A DNA stretch of 64,000 nucleotides, from positions 257,645 to 321,644 of the forward strand of contig RHPI01002910.1 in the NCBI GenBank assembly GCA_009103225.1, written 5' to 3'. How positions within the stretch are numbered: position 1 is the stretch's first letter; every line of letters starts with the position of its first letter. This DNA is from Chlorokybus atmophyticus (taxonomy: Eukaryota > Plantae > Mesostigma and Chlorokybus algae). Of this stretch, positions 23,601-37,393 are shown in pieces. The position numbers and the translations under genes were made by a program. The notes beneath the pieces were generated by a model. It made no database searches and was not told the origin of the DNA. It saw nothing but the letters and a program-made list of their open reading frames with translations.

Positions 23601-25614
23601 GAATGTCGAAGTTTGTTTAATCCATCATCTTAAAATCCTCATTAAGCTGCGCACAAGTTTCGATAAGCGTCGTAGGGCAACAAGTTTGGTCGCGGAGGTA
23701 ACTATGTACAGCTCATATTTCAAGCGCAAGGGAATGAAATGCAAGGCAATAAAGTTTTGATTAATAAGCACAATGCTCCACTAAATAGTAGATATCTTGC
23801 GCGCCACATAGCGTATACTGCTCCTTTTGTGTCAAGCCACCCACACCTCGTCCCTAGTGCCAAGCAACAGTGTGTCCGACATCACACCCTCCCACCTCAA
23901 GTAGTCTTGGACAACAAGATGGTAGCCCTTGCCAAAACGTTTTCGCGAGTCCAACAGCAGAACGATGTCATATGCATCTCGGAATGCCTACAATAATCAA
24001 GCAGCATCTGTTACACTTGTTTTGTTCTAAAGATGCTACAAATGTTATAATGTATGAAAATTGTTGTGGCATGAGGAGGTGGCATATCCGCCAAACATGT
24101 AGCTCAGGACGCGATTGAACACCGCTGGCATGTACTTGCTTGCCAATCAACCTTAATAGTAGGTCAGCAAGTCTATAATATAATATAATATAAACGTTAT
24201 ATATTATCTGGTGTAGTTTAATACATTTAAATGCTATACATACTATGCCTGGCACGACAAATGTGTCTTGTACGGGCTTACCACCCTCCCTGCATCGCTC
24301 GCGACCTGCTAACTTCGCCACCCTCTCGGTACGCATTCTGGGTGAAGGCCATCGTGAATCATCAGGGTTTGCTCGAGTTTGGGAGATTTGCTCGCGTCCT
24401 GCATTTAAGATCCACATTTTGTATCATCGAAAGTTGCTGGGGTTTGGGTGATTTGCTGTCTTGCATTCGAGATCCGCATCTACCCGTCAAGCATCAGTAT
24501 CATGTTTACGCAAGTCAAATTAAACATATCATTCCGACTCTGTCATGGTCGATGGCACAATTACGATCGTGATCGTGCTATCGTAGTTTGAGTGATGACA
24601 TTTCACATGTCACGCCTATATTGACGATATGTGTTTGAGCTGGGCAACGGGCGATCATCGATGTAGGCATGCACCTCCAATTTTGACCAATATGTCGCGG
24701 CTTGTTATGTCTGATATTGCGGTGTCAGAAATTCAACGCGTTTGATCGGGATTACCAACAACTTCAGACCCGTTAAGGCTTGGGTTTGGGAGACTTGATG
24801 TCTTTTTCAACAATTGCATGCATGGACATGAACAGCTTTGTCAACTTTTTGCTAGCTTACGATCATATTGTCGCAACAATAATCCTATGATCACAGCAAA
24901 GCGACTTACTAAGCCCCATACTATGGGGAGTTGCTGAGTGGGCTCCCACGGGGAGCTGTAAATACAAGTCAACTTTTAAATAGGTTAAAAGAAATACAAA
25001 CATCATTGACCATGTGATAATGGAACTTAAATACCAGGTACGATTTGTTTTGTAGAAATCATCAACGATGTCATGACACGGTTACTAGATCAAAGCCAAT
25101 GTGCATGTAGCGAGTATCATAAATCACAACATGAATTTCTCATCATTAAGGTGACGTAGGGAGTGGTTGTTGCTGCGGCCGTCCGCTTCGATGAATCGCC
25201 GCAGGGTCCGTCAGTGCCGTGGGCCACATTGAAGCCTGTGGCTCGTCTTTAGATCGCCACGTCACCTCCAGCCGCAGTGCCTGGTCGGCTGCGGGAACGA
25301 GATACAGTATCTAATGCCCCGAGTATCTGGGATACTCCGGTCAGCCGACATGTGCCGGCTGCATTATGGCTTAAGATCGGTACGTCGGTTAGCCTAGCCA
25401 AAGAAAGACGTTGCCGGTCGGCAAGTCGCCGGTCATTTACTCAGTGACCAGAGCAGCATTGTGGTACGTAATCCGCTGTCGGCAGTCCACCTGTGACGCC
25501 CTTTTGTTGTGCTCGACAGTCTGACAGGGGGCCCAAAGTAGTTGTAGTGGAACCAATACACGTTACACATCACAATCGCAATTATGATCCTCGCTTGTTT
25601 TAACAGCAACATCT

Positions 25615-27245
25615 CAGGCACGTGCACGAGTGCCAGCACACATGTATGCGTGTGTGCATGGACGCGCTTTCATATACACTTGGTATGCGCAGTGCGCATA
25701 CCATGTACACAGACGCTCGTACGTGCGTACGCTGTATACATGCGCGCAAACACGCATGTGCGTGTGCACGTGTGTGTAAAGGTGTCTTACTGTGTTCTTG
25801 CACGCCCGATGCATGTATCTGTTGTCATGTATTTTCATTGTTATCGACATCATCATCATGAGTTGTGTGTTTCTTGTGTTTCTTTTGCTGTCCCAGGTTG
25901 CACTCAAGGGCGGGGAGCAGGCGGATAATTGAGCTTCACAGCGCAATATACGAAGTGAGGTAGACATACACACGCAACCCATATGAATTGCATCAAAACA
26001 TACGGACGTAAGACAGCAGCATTGCTGTTTTCTTTCTTAGGTGTTTGGAATGCGGCACAGTATATATAGACAGAGCTGATGTGCAGCGCGACATGGCAAG
26101 GCTGAATCCACGAGTAAGCACGCTGCATTGTTGACAGTGTTGATCGCATAACGCTTGTGCTATAAATGTGCACGTGTGCGTGCGTTCGCATGTGTGCGTG
26201 CATGTTTGTGTGTATGCACGTGCATGTGTCACGTGCGCGGGCGCAAGTGTCTCCTTTGTGTCTGTGCTTATATATGCGCACGTGTTTGTGTAATGGGTGG
26301 AGGCTCTTCAAAGCGAGGCGGCCGTGGCGGGGATGCGTCGGCCCGATGGTGACCGCGAGGTGGCTCAGGCCTTTGACTTGCCTCCATTTCAAGTGAGCAT
26401 GGTTGTCGTGAGAAGTGTGCGTGATATGACACATGATATGAGACCTATGCGGAGAGTGAGATTGACGTACAACACCCACGTTCCAACGGAAGGTCCCTCT
26501 CTACATGGCGTGCGGCAACGGTGGGGGCCTCCTCAAGCCAGATATGGTCTTCTTCGGCAACACATTTCGAAGGACCGCGCGGCACAGGCCATGCAAGAGG
26601 TGAGAGTGTGTATATGTGGGTGTGCGCACGTGTGCACGTGCATGTGTGTTTGTGGTGTGCGAGCACGTGATCTGCACCTCCGGCCTTGGAAGCACAATAT
26701 CATTGTACTGATGTTCGCCGCGGTTGCAACGTCAGGTGCTGAGTGCGAACGCATTGCTGGTGGTTGGGTCCTCGCTGATGGTCCTGTCAGCCTACCGCCT
26801 GGCAAGGTGTGGCATCATATCATGTGCGTCTGTGCGCACGCATGCGCATGCGTGTGAGGAAACACAAACCACATACCACAATGTGTGACAGTGTAACTCG
26901 ACAACAACAGTGTCAACAATATCAATCAATCGACAACTGTCCTCCTTTCCAATGTCTTCACCTTATCCCGCAGGGCTGCGGGTGAAGCGGGCATCCCCAT
27001 TGCGGCGGTGAACATCGGCCCCGCGCGGGCGGACGACTTGCTCTCCATGAAAGTGGAGGCGCGCTGCGGGGAGGTGAGTTGATTACGCATGTTAGGTGTA
27101 CGGGCATAGTTGTAACCCCACACGTACACGTAGTGACAAACTCTTCACGAAGTGCTCATCGGAGTTGTTGTTGTGCTCTGTGTCGGCAGGTGTTGCCGAG
27201 GTTGCTGGCGATGGGGTCGCTGGAGGTGCCGCTTGTCAGGTGATG
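25615..27245 (+). pseudogene. SRT2: 5'-truncated duplicate of SRT2
   Basis: Collinear with 1850-3604 including introns. Lacks exons 1-2, has ELHG->ELHS, and has a 1-nt deletion after VFFG (~26560). Confidence 0.88.
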
Positions 27246-29283
27246 TTGGGTAGTACAGCGAGCAGATTGCGAGTAGGGATAGACCGTGTGAATCACAGAG
27301 TTGTACAGACAGTAGCATTGTATCAAGTAGTTGTTGAAACACCGATAGCGTGCAGAACAAACCATTGAAACCATATGACAGTCCTGAGACCATCCTGCAG
27401 GCTGATTGAGCCTGCAGGATTGAAGGCATCCCGGCTTTACTTGAGATACAATGTCTGCATTTGGTTGTGTCACAAGCGTATGAACGGCTGTTCGTCTCAA
27501 GTTGGACGGGAATGGAACTTGAGGACTACCAGAGAAGATCCTGAGACCTGTGCAACATCAAGCATGACTTGAAAGATGACGACTATCTTTCCGATGAGCA
27601 GGTAGTGGTTGTGCATGCAAAATGAATCTGCATGCGTGTACCCATGACAATAACATCCAAGCCACATAGGTTAGCCTTAAACTTATGTCTTGTTGGCTTG
27701 TTGTTCTGGGTGAACATTGTTGGTGCACTCACACCGGACAAGGGCATCGCTGCACACCGATGCTATTTTCTGGTGATATATTCAACAACTCTTCCCTCAT
27801 TTCTGTACAAATACCTCTACACTACCCATGTGACTGCCATCCCCTGTCCATTTCCGCTGCGCCCAGCCTGCGCTTCACATTGGAAACATGGCGCTCTTTC
27901 CCACGATTCAACAAACTAGAACACGCTTGATCTTCTTCACACCATTCATACAATGTTGAAGCACAAGTCAATGACAACCCGGCTGTACATCTTCAACACC
28001 ACGTAATGCTCACCTGCAAAACCCGTAGAGGTCATGAAACCGATTGCAAACCTGAGTGCAACAATGAACCAAAAGTGCTTGTGCGTATGCAGGTAACAAC
28101 TGTAGTGTTGTAGTGATTGCGCATCAGCGAGTGGATGTTCCCCAGCTGCTACAGAGACTCCAGGGTTCCATATGAGTGTTGTAGGCCTGTCACTTGGTTG
28201 GCCCGCCATGCCAGCTGCCTCATCGGCTGAAATAGAGACATGCTGCTCGGGATCGCTGCTGAAGGCAGGCCGCAACCCCAGTTGCCTGTGACATGGACAC
28301 ACAACATGACGTTTCATTGTTAAATACACAAGTTGCACACCACATCATGCAAGTGTTGCAAATGGCGAGTTGCTGGCAACGTTGTGTGCACAGGCAATGC
28401 CAGCGCGGCGAGGTTGCCGCAGCACGCACTGCGTGGCATACTGCATGCCCAGAGACATGTTTTAACGGAAGGGAAGAGTGTCAAACGCCACACTCAAAGT
28501 GTCCCTGTGTGGCCAGACTCATTTTGCGAAGAATGACGTTGTCACATGCAGTGTAGTAACTATACGAGACATACAATCATGCACACATGCACACACGCCC
28601 ATCATGCACGCACGCACACAGGAACATGTATCAGCACCTGAGGTAACCAGGCATGCTGAGTGCGAGGTTCTTACTGTGGTGAGGGCTCGCCCATTGCGTA
28701 GTTGGCGTACTCTTAATAAGGGGAGAACCGTTCGGTGCCTTTCTGCAAGGCGCAGAAACGAACCTTCACATCACAACAGGTGAGCCTACATGGAATATGC
28801 CCAGTTCGAATGCAACCATGACACAGTATACCGTGACACAGTACAATCATAAGGTTGTGCATACGCCGCATTGCAATCTACACACCTGTTGGCGGCTTGC
28901 ACATCTCTACGTCGTAAACATGCCAGTTAGCAAAGCCAATGAGAGACAAAGCCCTCAACGACTATCATCACTACCATCGACACATGTCCATACACTAGCT
29001 GCCCATGCCCACTACACAGCCGCCTACACACAAAACCACCACAAAATCACCAAACACAGACAGTTAATCTTGACCGAATGATGATTGCAGCAGCCAACGC
29101 CACTTACTGGTTCAAGCGTCCCCATGCCTAGGCTACTGGACGCTCTAAGCTATTTATGCGCGAGCAAGAACTGCTATGCAATGTATTCACAACGACACAA
29201 CGATTGTATCCAGTACAGTATGTAGTATGTACATACAGCAGCTTGCAAGCGCAACCTGCCAAACAATGCATTCCCACAGTCGT

Positions 29284-30636
29284 TTATTCCACGATCACTG
29301 CAAGGAAGTGCTCGGTCGTGGACTGGCGCAGGTTGTCAAGTAGCGCCTGGTGAGCAACAACCAACAAAACCTTCTTCTGCACGTCATCGATATATGAGTG
29401 CTTCCGACAAACCTCCTCAAAGGCCTTCTGCTGCATCAACCTGAGCAACTTGTGAAATGTGCTCAGGTGGCGAGAACTTATACCATAGCATATGGCAGCT
29501 ACAGTAAGCGCTCCCCAACAGTTGACCACTAACTGTGCAGGCGAGACGTACGCCTCGCTAACAAAGAATGCGCACACCAGTGTTACCAGGCTGAGAAGGA
29601 CAGCCACACGTGCCTGCATACACAGCAAGCCAGGCATTAGACCAAAGAAAGGAGCACTTGAATGCTTGAAGGTCATCTCGTGCTTCACAAGTGTAACGTT
29701 ACACAGCACTGCTGCACACATTGCAACATAAGTGATGCTGGAGTCTCTGTCACCTTCATGTACGTGCAACAAGCATGGATACTGTGCACAATCTGTTAAC
29801 TGCAGCCAAAGGTCAACAAGTGCAATAAAAAAGGCAGTGTTACATCACACAGCAATGTGTGCAGCAGCGCTTGCCTGGGTCCGGCTTAGTGAGGCGTTTT
29901 CCTCGATATATCCCAACGTTTCGAGCATGCGAGTCACGGCATTCTTGCGTTGTGCATCGCAATCGCCCAGCTCATTCATGTCAATGCGAGCAGCCTTCGA
30001 GCCTGAAGTGCAGCTCTCGCTAGTCTTCGTGGAATTGGATCCAGTGAGGGTCAAGTAAGTAATAAGCTGGTCAACATTGCTGTAATGAGTGATGTACTGC
30101 TGCATATCCCAAGCAAAGTACCCCAGGCCAATCACGAGGACGAAGCTGGCCACCATGCTGATCATCAACACCGCGTAATGTCCTTGCGTGCTAAACAGCC
30201 CCGCAACGTAAATTAACGGCACACTGAATAACATTGTCGCAAGCGCCATCCATCTAGTCGCCATGGCTGACATCAGCTGTACTGCAATAGAAGTCATGTC
30301 GTGAGCGATGTTGTTCACTGTAATGCAGGTTGCGCGGTCTCTTTTCTCCGTCGCTGCTGCCTTTACTTCGCCTGCAAACGCCAGTAGCAAACCCAGCATC
30401 CCGAACAGCTCCTCCACCTTGAGTTGCAACACTTCAAGCTTCCCGTCCCATGGACGCTCAGATCTCCAGGGTCCGACGCCGTAGATGTATTGTCGAAACG
30501 CCTTTTTATTGGCATATGCGATCACGACAACCACAACCCACGCAACCAGCAGCACCGCTGCTGACACCAGCAACGTCCAAAACAAGGCGCCATTCCCCTT
30601 AATGAGCACGCCCAAGCCTCCATCTATCGTGGTCAT
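29284..30636 (-). CDS. Orphan multi-pass membrane protein, copy B
   Basis: ORFs 29845..30867 and 29284..29772 align with copy A (GGLGxLxxGxGxLFW; AMATRWMALA; LFSTQG; ELGDC; FEEV.RK). The reading frame is open. Confidence 0.7.
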
Positions 30637-31580
30637 GGCTGACTCGCCGTCACCTACACAGAGAGGTAAAGCTGTTTGCAAGCGGCCCAACCAGAAAGAA
30701 AGAAAGAAAGAACGACAAGGAGCATCTCGACTCTGCATGCCAATTAGCACAGCAAGCTGCCCGTTCTTTACGAATGACAGTGTGTTACATACGCACAAGG
30801 TGCGTCGGATGACATGACAGAGCAAGGCTGAAGGGGCATGTACGCACACACCTGCTGTACGCTGCAACTACTGCAGGACTTGCAGTGCAAATTTGCGGCG
30901 ACTTACTTGTAGGGGCGCGCGGGTGTGGGCCTCCTGCGCCTAGTCTTCCAGCCGGAAGTTGCAGCACGCCGACCTGTCGCGTCGCCTTGCTGGCAGCTGC
31001 GTGCTGAGAGCCGTTGTTAGCAGACACCCGTCATTAACACATTCAAGCACCAGCAGAGCCAGCTGCCGCCCCCTGCTTCCTCCTCGGCCCGCCCCTCCGT
31101 CTGCCCAGCTGTCAGTGTCGCCGCAATGGCCGCGAGGCGAAGAACAAAGCGCCTACAATTTGCAATGTGCAAGCATACCCGTGACGAAGTCTCGAGACCT
31201 GCGCCATCCTGTCAGGGGACGTCGATTTCAGATGTTGACGTCAAATGCTGATAAACCTGCCAAGATTTGCTAAGATAGTTGTGAGAGGACACCGTGACCA
31301 CTCGAACACAGTGCGCCTTTGTTACACAATGCCCCCTTTAAGATGAAGGGGGGCTGTTCTATTCGGGGGGCCTTTCTAATAGCCGGGGGGCATAGAATAG
31401 TGTAGCGAAAGTCCCAATTTGCACCGTAACTCGCGGTGTTCACGCTCATCCCGACGTTTTCGAACCAAAGCCCGTCGGATACATTAGAAGATAAGAAACA
31501 CACGAGATGTGATGTATTTGCTGTATCTGAGCTTATAGATACTGCGGCAACGGGCGATGTTGGCCCCTTTCTCCCCGGCC

Positions 31581-31624
31581 GGGGCACTGTATACGAGGCA
31601 CTGTAAGGTTAAATACAGTGCCCC
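31581..31624. repeat. 12-bp inverted repeat GGGGCACTGTAT / ATACAGTGCCCC; resembles abutting TA-CAGTG (Tc1/pogo-like) termini
   Basis: Seen directly, at the start of an AT-richer non-coding stretch (31.3-33.7 kb). No transposase was recognised. Confidence 0.35.
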
Positions 31625-33868
31625 CCTCGATTTACTAATACTGAGTCAAGGGGGCTATTGCATTCGGGGGGGCGTAGTGTTCGAGTGCATACAATAAGTG
31701 AACATTGCAATTGCATGCAATGTTTGTAGTCAGACTGGTGGTTTGTCGGGTGTTCGGCAGCTGCGCCTTGCTGACGGCCCATCTTTGACAAGCGTTTTGC
31801 CGCTGACGGGTGAATGACCCCCAGATTGGTTGCTTTGGGGCCCCAACCAACCAACTAGCTCTACACCACGTACATATGAGGCGACTTGGTTGGTAAACTT
31901 TGGACAAACGTCACTCGTGCGTACTTCTGCCTCTGCAGCTGGTAGTACACAGCACGTTGTTGCTCAATTATGTGCTATGTGCTGCCATCTGCTTGAGGGT
32001 CTAGCCTAAGAGTCTTAGAGCTGTGCCTTGGCCCCCGTTGCTCTTGTCTTATGTCTTTGAGCTCTGCTTTAGCCCCCGTTGCAATCTATGCTTGCATGTG
32101 TTCTTGCTACACATAGTTGGTGCACTCTCTTACTTTCATAATTGCATCATACGGCTGTAGAGTCGATTGCAGACGCGTGCATACGCGTATATACGCGTAT
32201 TATGCACACTGTAATGCATATTGATTTCATATGCATGCTCGTATTATAAGGCCTTTCAATGTTTGCTGTTCCGCCAGAAATTTGCCCCTGCCCCAGTGCT
32301 ATAGCCAATCAGCGCCGCGCGTCACCAAGTTGTAAATTGCTGGTGGCGTGCGGTGCGCAATTGCCCTAAACACGGGGCAGGGGCATTCCCTGGCGGAAGG
32401 GTAGTGCAAAAAGGGTGGTTTACCACTGGTGTAAAAACGTTATGTGCACGTATTATTGCCGTATGCAAGGATGGCCTGTATGCATACCCGTATATACCCG
32501 TATACATGGACGTACAATGCATACCCGTATGCCGTATGGTGCAATTATGCTTTAGATGGATTAAAATGCTTTCATTAACTCTGCCGTTAGTTATGCAAGC
32601 TGCTGCGGGGGTCAGCACGCTCTTGCCTTTGCTTGCCAACTATTTACCGTTGCCTTATTGTTACTTGATTAATGCTTGATACCTTAACAATAACTGAGTC
32701 ACACCGACCTCTTGCCACCGCTCGCATGTTCATTTAATTGATGCAGGCTGTGCATACGCATGCACAGCCTGCAGTAAGCAATTCAACTGAACGTACGTTC
32801 ATTGCTTTGCTTTGCTTGTCAGTGACAAGCAAACAAGTTGTGATGGTGGTCACCATCAGGTATGCTTGTGCACACGGCATGCACATGATCAGGAACTCAG
32901 CTGGCATACAGTCTCAGCTCATTACAAGAACCACATTTGTCTCTGTAATACTGGCTATAGCGCAGCGTTCTTGTCTTCTTACAGGAACATTGCCAGGGCA
33001 CCAGCTGGCCGGCGATTTTAATATGACATTTAATATACCTTTTCATTACATCAACATAATGATATGACATGCATACAAGCATATATGCCTGGTCATAAAT
33101 GAAGTAATTTAATAGAATGCATGGGCCTTATGCGTTATGAGAACCGTCTTATAGCCATAGCTGATTCACATAATGAATGTGATTGTTCCTATAATAATAT
33201 AATTTCCCTCATGCACGAGCGATCCTTGAAAAATAGTTTGTATGAAGCGATTGTTCCGTTGACATGCGTGACACAAACACGAGTAGACTCTAATACAATT
33301 CACGTGTGCCTCGTGCCTATCATGCGTACCTACCAAGTTGGCCCCATAATGTATGTAAGTAAGAAACTACTGCTGGTTTGCTTGCCTGGCTTAAATGTTT
33401 GCATTCACATGTTTGCGCAATTATGGCACAGCTTTATGATAAACGCGTCATTGTGCGTGAACAATAGTTGAGCAAGCTGCGCCTGCAGACAGTGCTGCAA
33501 GCAAAACTGCGAGAGCAGCCAGTTTCGCCACAACACGCATATCGATTGCAATAGAGACTTTTTGTGCGTTATCGATGTTAGAAGGAGTAGTAAATAGGTG
33601 CAGGGATACTTATAGCTTTGCAACACGCTAGCTGCGTTAGCGCTCATGCAGCATAGTATTGCAAAGCTATAAATATCTTCAGGAACTTGCCCTATACAGC
33701 AAATCATCACATTGCACAACTTGTCACGCTTAAGCATGCCGAGTTACAGCACTAGTCGGTGTGAACACCGACACAGCACGCAATACTACGGTGTCATCGC
33801 CTTGCTCGACAGTCATGCAAAATAAACCCGGTTGGTCAGGATGTACACGCACCGGTGCTGGCTGAGCG

Positions 33869-34544
33869 TTACAATGCGTGATTCGTCAATTGCTCGGTAC
33901 ATTCCATGTCACATGTCGAAGTTGTTTTACATGCTACCAATGCGGTTGTGGACACGTTGTGTTTGATGGTCATGTTGTCATCCACGAGCAGTGATATCCG
34001 GTCGGCCGGCACCTCGAGCTGCAGTGCCAGCTGTACAATCCTAAGAAAAATCTGCCAGCAAATGGCGGCTTCGTGAGGGGTTGAGTGCTCATTGAAGGAT
34101 GCTGTGAGCAATGCAGCTTTTGAGTTGCCGGCGTGGAAGTCAGTGTGGAAAAAAAGAGGAAGGTGTTCTTGTGACTGTGACCATGCAGTCTCCGTAAAGC
34201 AGCTTGCTGTTCTTGCCGCTGCCAGTGTTGTTTGCGTTGGATAACACGGGGTTGAGGTAGACATGCGCACGCGCACAGGTGTGTGCGCGTGTATGTGCGT
34301 GTGCGCGCGTTTGAGTATGCACATGCATGTGTGTGCAAGTCTGTGGTTGCGCAAGCGAGTGCAGTGTGACATCATCACACCAGGAATGTCCCTCCAAGTC
34401 CTGGCCAGTTGCAGGCCGCAATGCAAAAATGGAAGACTCCAGCATACTCTTCACGCGTTGCCACCGCTCAGTATCTTTATATGGCCAGCATACATAGTGC
34501 TGTAGATCACAAACAGCATATGTTGGACAACATGAGTAAGGCAC
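33869..34544 (-). CDS. Probable exons of an unidentified gene (weak resemblance to an exostosin/GT47 C-terminal region)
   Basis: Protein-like segments HYVCWPYKDTERWQRVKSMLESSIFALRPATG and HLPLFFHTDFHAGN...LALQLEVPADRISLLVDD. The gene model is incomplete. Confidence 0.3.
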
Positions 34545-35414
34545 ACTTTAAGACAGTAGACTGGCGCTACAAAGCCTTGCGTCGTGGGACAAGGTGGAGG
34601 CATTGTCTATGCGCTTGCTCCATAAAGTGTTGTCCGCTCAATTGCGTCGAAACCATAAGCTTGTGTGTGCTGATCCTGCTGTTTGTTGTGGTTGTGGCGA
34701 CTGCTGGAACAGCCAGCGTTGCATACAGCCAGTGCCTTCAAAGGATGTGATGAGAGGTCAGTGAGCTCAGACTTGTTGCTGTGAGTACTTGCAGCGCCCA
34801 CCTGGGCAATAATGTGATGAACCAACCAAGTACTGAAGTGAACAAGGCTACATGTATAGGCTGATCAGGTACCACAGATGCAACGGCACGCGCTCAAGCT
34901 GTATGTATGCGACGCAGCTAGCCTGAGATACGACTCTACTGATTGTAAAGGTGCGAACGATCCAAGGCACATACGATCACATGCGCACATGCGCACACAC
35001 ACACGCGCTCATGCGCACGCAAACATACCCGCACATGCACATGACAAGAAGTCTGTGCTGCCTGTGTCAATCATGGTCAAAGCTTCTCTGCTGCTTCAAC
35101 TCAGTCGTTTGCCATGCAAGTGACACGACAAACGACCAGCGTGTGCTGGCTGTCGTCAGTTGTGAAGCAGCAGAGTAGTTGCAACACCTGTGGGAAAAGC
35201 TGATTCACAGCCAGCAAACGGAAGGCCGGTGTGCTTGCACACCAAAACTTATGGTCAAACCACGAAGAGCCACATGCAGTTTGTTATCAAAACTAAACTG
35301 CAACCAAAGCAAGGACAACAGCAACGACGACGACAACCATGACAGTACAGTACAACCTTTCCAGCCATGCGCACCTGCAAAAGCAAAAGCAAAAGCCTAG
35401 AGACGACGTCAAGG

Positions 35415-37393
35415 ATGCCGCCGGTGATGTGGCCAGCGCCGCCGCCCGCGCCAGTAACAACGACAAGCGCATGGATGCCCAGTCCCAGGCCAGGCCACAA
35501 CCTCGGCCCTGCCGCCGGCGGCGACAGGCGGGAGGTTATGGGCCGGGCAACAACAAGGATGTCTTTAAAGTCGACGAAGACTACGACCACCACGACAACG
35601 AGGACTACAACGACAACAGGAAGCAGGAGGAGTAGCCGAACAATAACCAGAAGCAAAGTTGAAGCAGCTGAGATAACGGTTGAGGCAGAAGTAGAGGCAG
35701 AGGCAGCGGTTGAAGTATCCGCAAGCAGCAAGCGCAAAGCAACAAAGCGTCAAAGCAAAGTTGATGCTGTCAATGGTGTCAATGGCAATGTCAGCAAGCA
35801 GCTTATGCTGAACACTAGCAGTAGCAGAAAAGGTTCCAGGAAGAGGAAGGTGGTGAAGGATGATGGTGTTGACGCCAATGGCGTGGCAGCCGAGGTTGCC
35901 AGGAACGCTGAGGTTGAGGAGCAGCACAAGGAGGACGGGGAGGAGGCGGTGAAGAAGAAAAAGAAGCCAAGGCGGAAGGCTGCTGTGCCAGTGGAGCGGC
36001 CGCCAGGAGAGGTGACAGCAGCTGAGACATGCAAAAGGCATGGTGGTCGTGTTCAGCGTAGTCTTGCATGCATGCGTTGGACAAGTCTACTTGCATGCAA
36101 GCATGCATACAATTGGTTGCATTTTCAGTTGGATTGTAGAGCGCAAGTGTTGCAGAGTGCAATGCAGTGCGATTGGCCATTGCCTATGCATGGCCAGCGC
36201 TATCATCAATGTAACTTGAAATTCAGCGGTGTTGATGATGCACGTGCTTATAAATAGTCTCACAAGGAGCTCGCTTCATGTAGCGTGTGAGTTGTGGTGC
36301 AACGCACGCACTCAATTGTACTTTTTCAACCGTTGTGCAATGGCAGCGCCGGTACTATCTACTGAAGAGTGAGCCCGAGTCACGAATCGAGAACGGTGTC
36401 GACTTCAAGTTTGGAATTGATGACCTCATCGCTTCCCCCGACTCAACAGCCTTCTGGGATGGCGTCCGCAATTACCAGGTTGGTTTTCTTTTCAAGTTCA
36501 AGTGTCCGACCCGCATTGTTGCGTTGCAACCGCTGCATACGGTTGTTTGCTGTAAGCCGGTTGCGGGTCGGTGTTACGATTTACAGATTGGTAAAAAGCT
36601 CGTGCAAGCTGTACTTTCACAGAGGTAGCACAATCCGATTGTAGTAATTACTGGTATCTACTGCTCAGGCTGCAAGCGTGTGCAGGCACGCAATCTTCTT
36701 CGGGAAATGCGAGTAGGAGATCAGGTGAATGTTTCTCCAACGTGTAGCCATAAAACATATCAACTTATGCTAGATCATCTCAATCTCTTGACTGTCGCAG
36801 GCATTCTTCTACCACTCCAACTGCAAACGACCAGGGATTGCCGGTGTAGTGGAGGCAAGTTGAGCAGGATACTCAATGAAAGTGTGCATATCCTCACACG
36901 CACTGACACCCAGGCTTACATGCACATGCGCACGCGCATGCAAGCACGCACGCGCATGTGTCTACGTGTGCATGCGCGCTCACCCATGTACGCATGCACA
37001 CGCATACAAGTGCATGGGTAACACGGGTGTTGGTGTTCAGATCGTCAAAGAAGCTTTGCCTGACAAATCTGCTTTTGATCCCAAGAGTGCATATTATGAT
37101 GCGAAGAGCGACGCTGAAGACCCCCGCTGGTTTGGTGTAAGTGCATCTGTTGGGTTTGCCCCAGTAGCACATGCACACTTGTGTCAATACGCGCGATCCG
37201 CCAGGTTGAGGTCAAGTATCAGCGCAAGCTTTCCCGGTTCATCTCTTTGGATGAGCTGAAGGCGTACAAGGAGGAAGGAGGACAGCTAGCGAAGATGTCT
37301 CTCTTGACTGCAGCCAGGTTGTCAGTTCAACGGGTGAGGCCGGAAGAGTGGGAGTTCTTACTGTTGCTAGAGAAGACAGCAGATGAAACATGA
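35415..37393 (+). CDS. THYN1: EVE-domain protein (thymocyte nuclear protein 1-like) with a long low-complexity basic/acidic N-terminus; start uncertain (35415 or 35538)
   Basis: YYLLKSEPESRIENGVDFKFGIDDL; FWDGVRNYQ/ARNLLREMRVGDQ/AFFYHSNCKRPGIAG; DPKSAYYDAKS...PRWF; LSVQRVRPEEWEF; TGA at 37391. Confidence 0.9.

Larger units (their letters stand above)
25615..31110 (+). repeat. Local segmental duplication, copy B of ~1850-6290
   Basis: Same order and orientation of the SRT2 3' part and the minus-strand membrane gene. Similarity continues to ~6290/31110. Confidence 0.85.

Noticed and set aside
25180-25440. HDV-like or hammerhead ribozyme
   Set aside because: I could not fit the required nested pseudoknot or the CUGAUGA/GAAA core; the region is kept only as a hairpin cluster.
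27570-29200. Additional gene or transposase between the SRT2 pseudogene and membrane gene B
   Set aside because: Only short ORFs with no recognisable motif or coherent exon chain were found.
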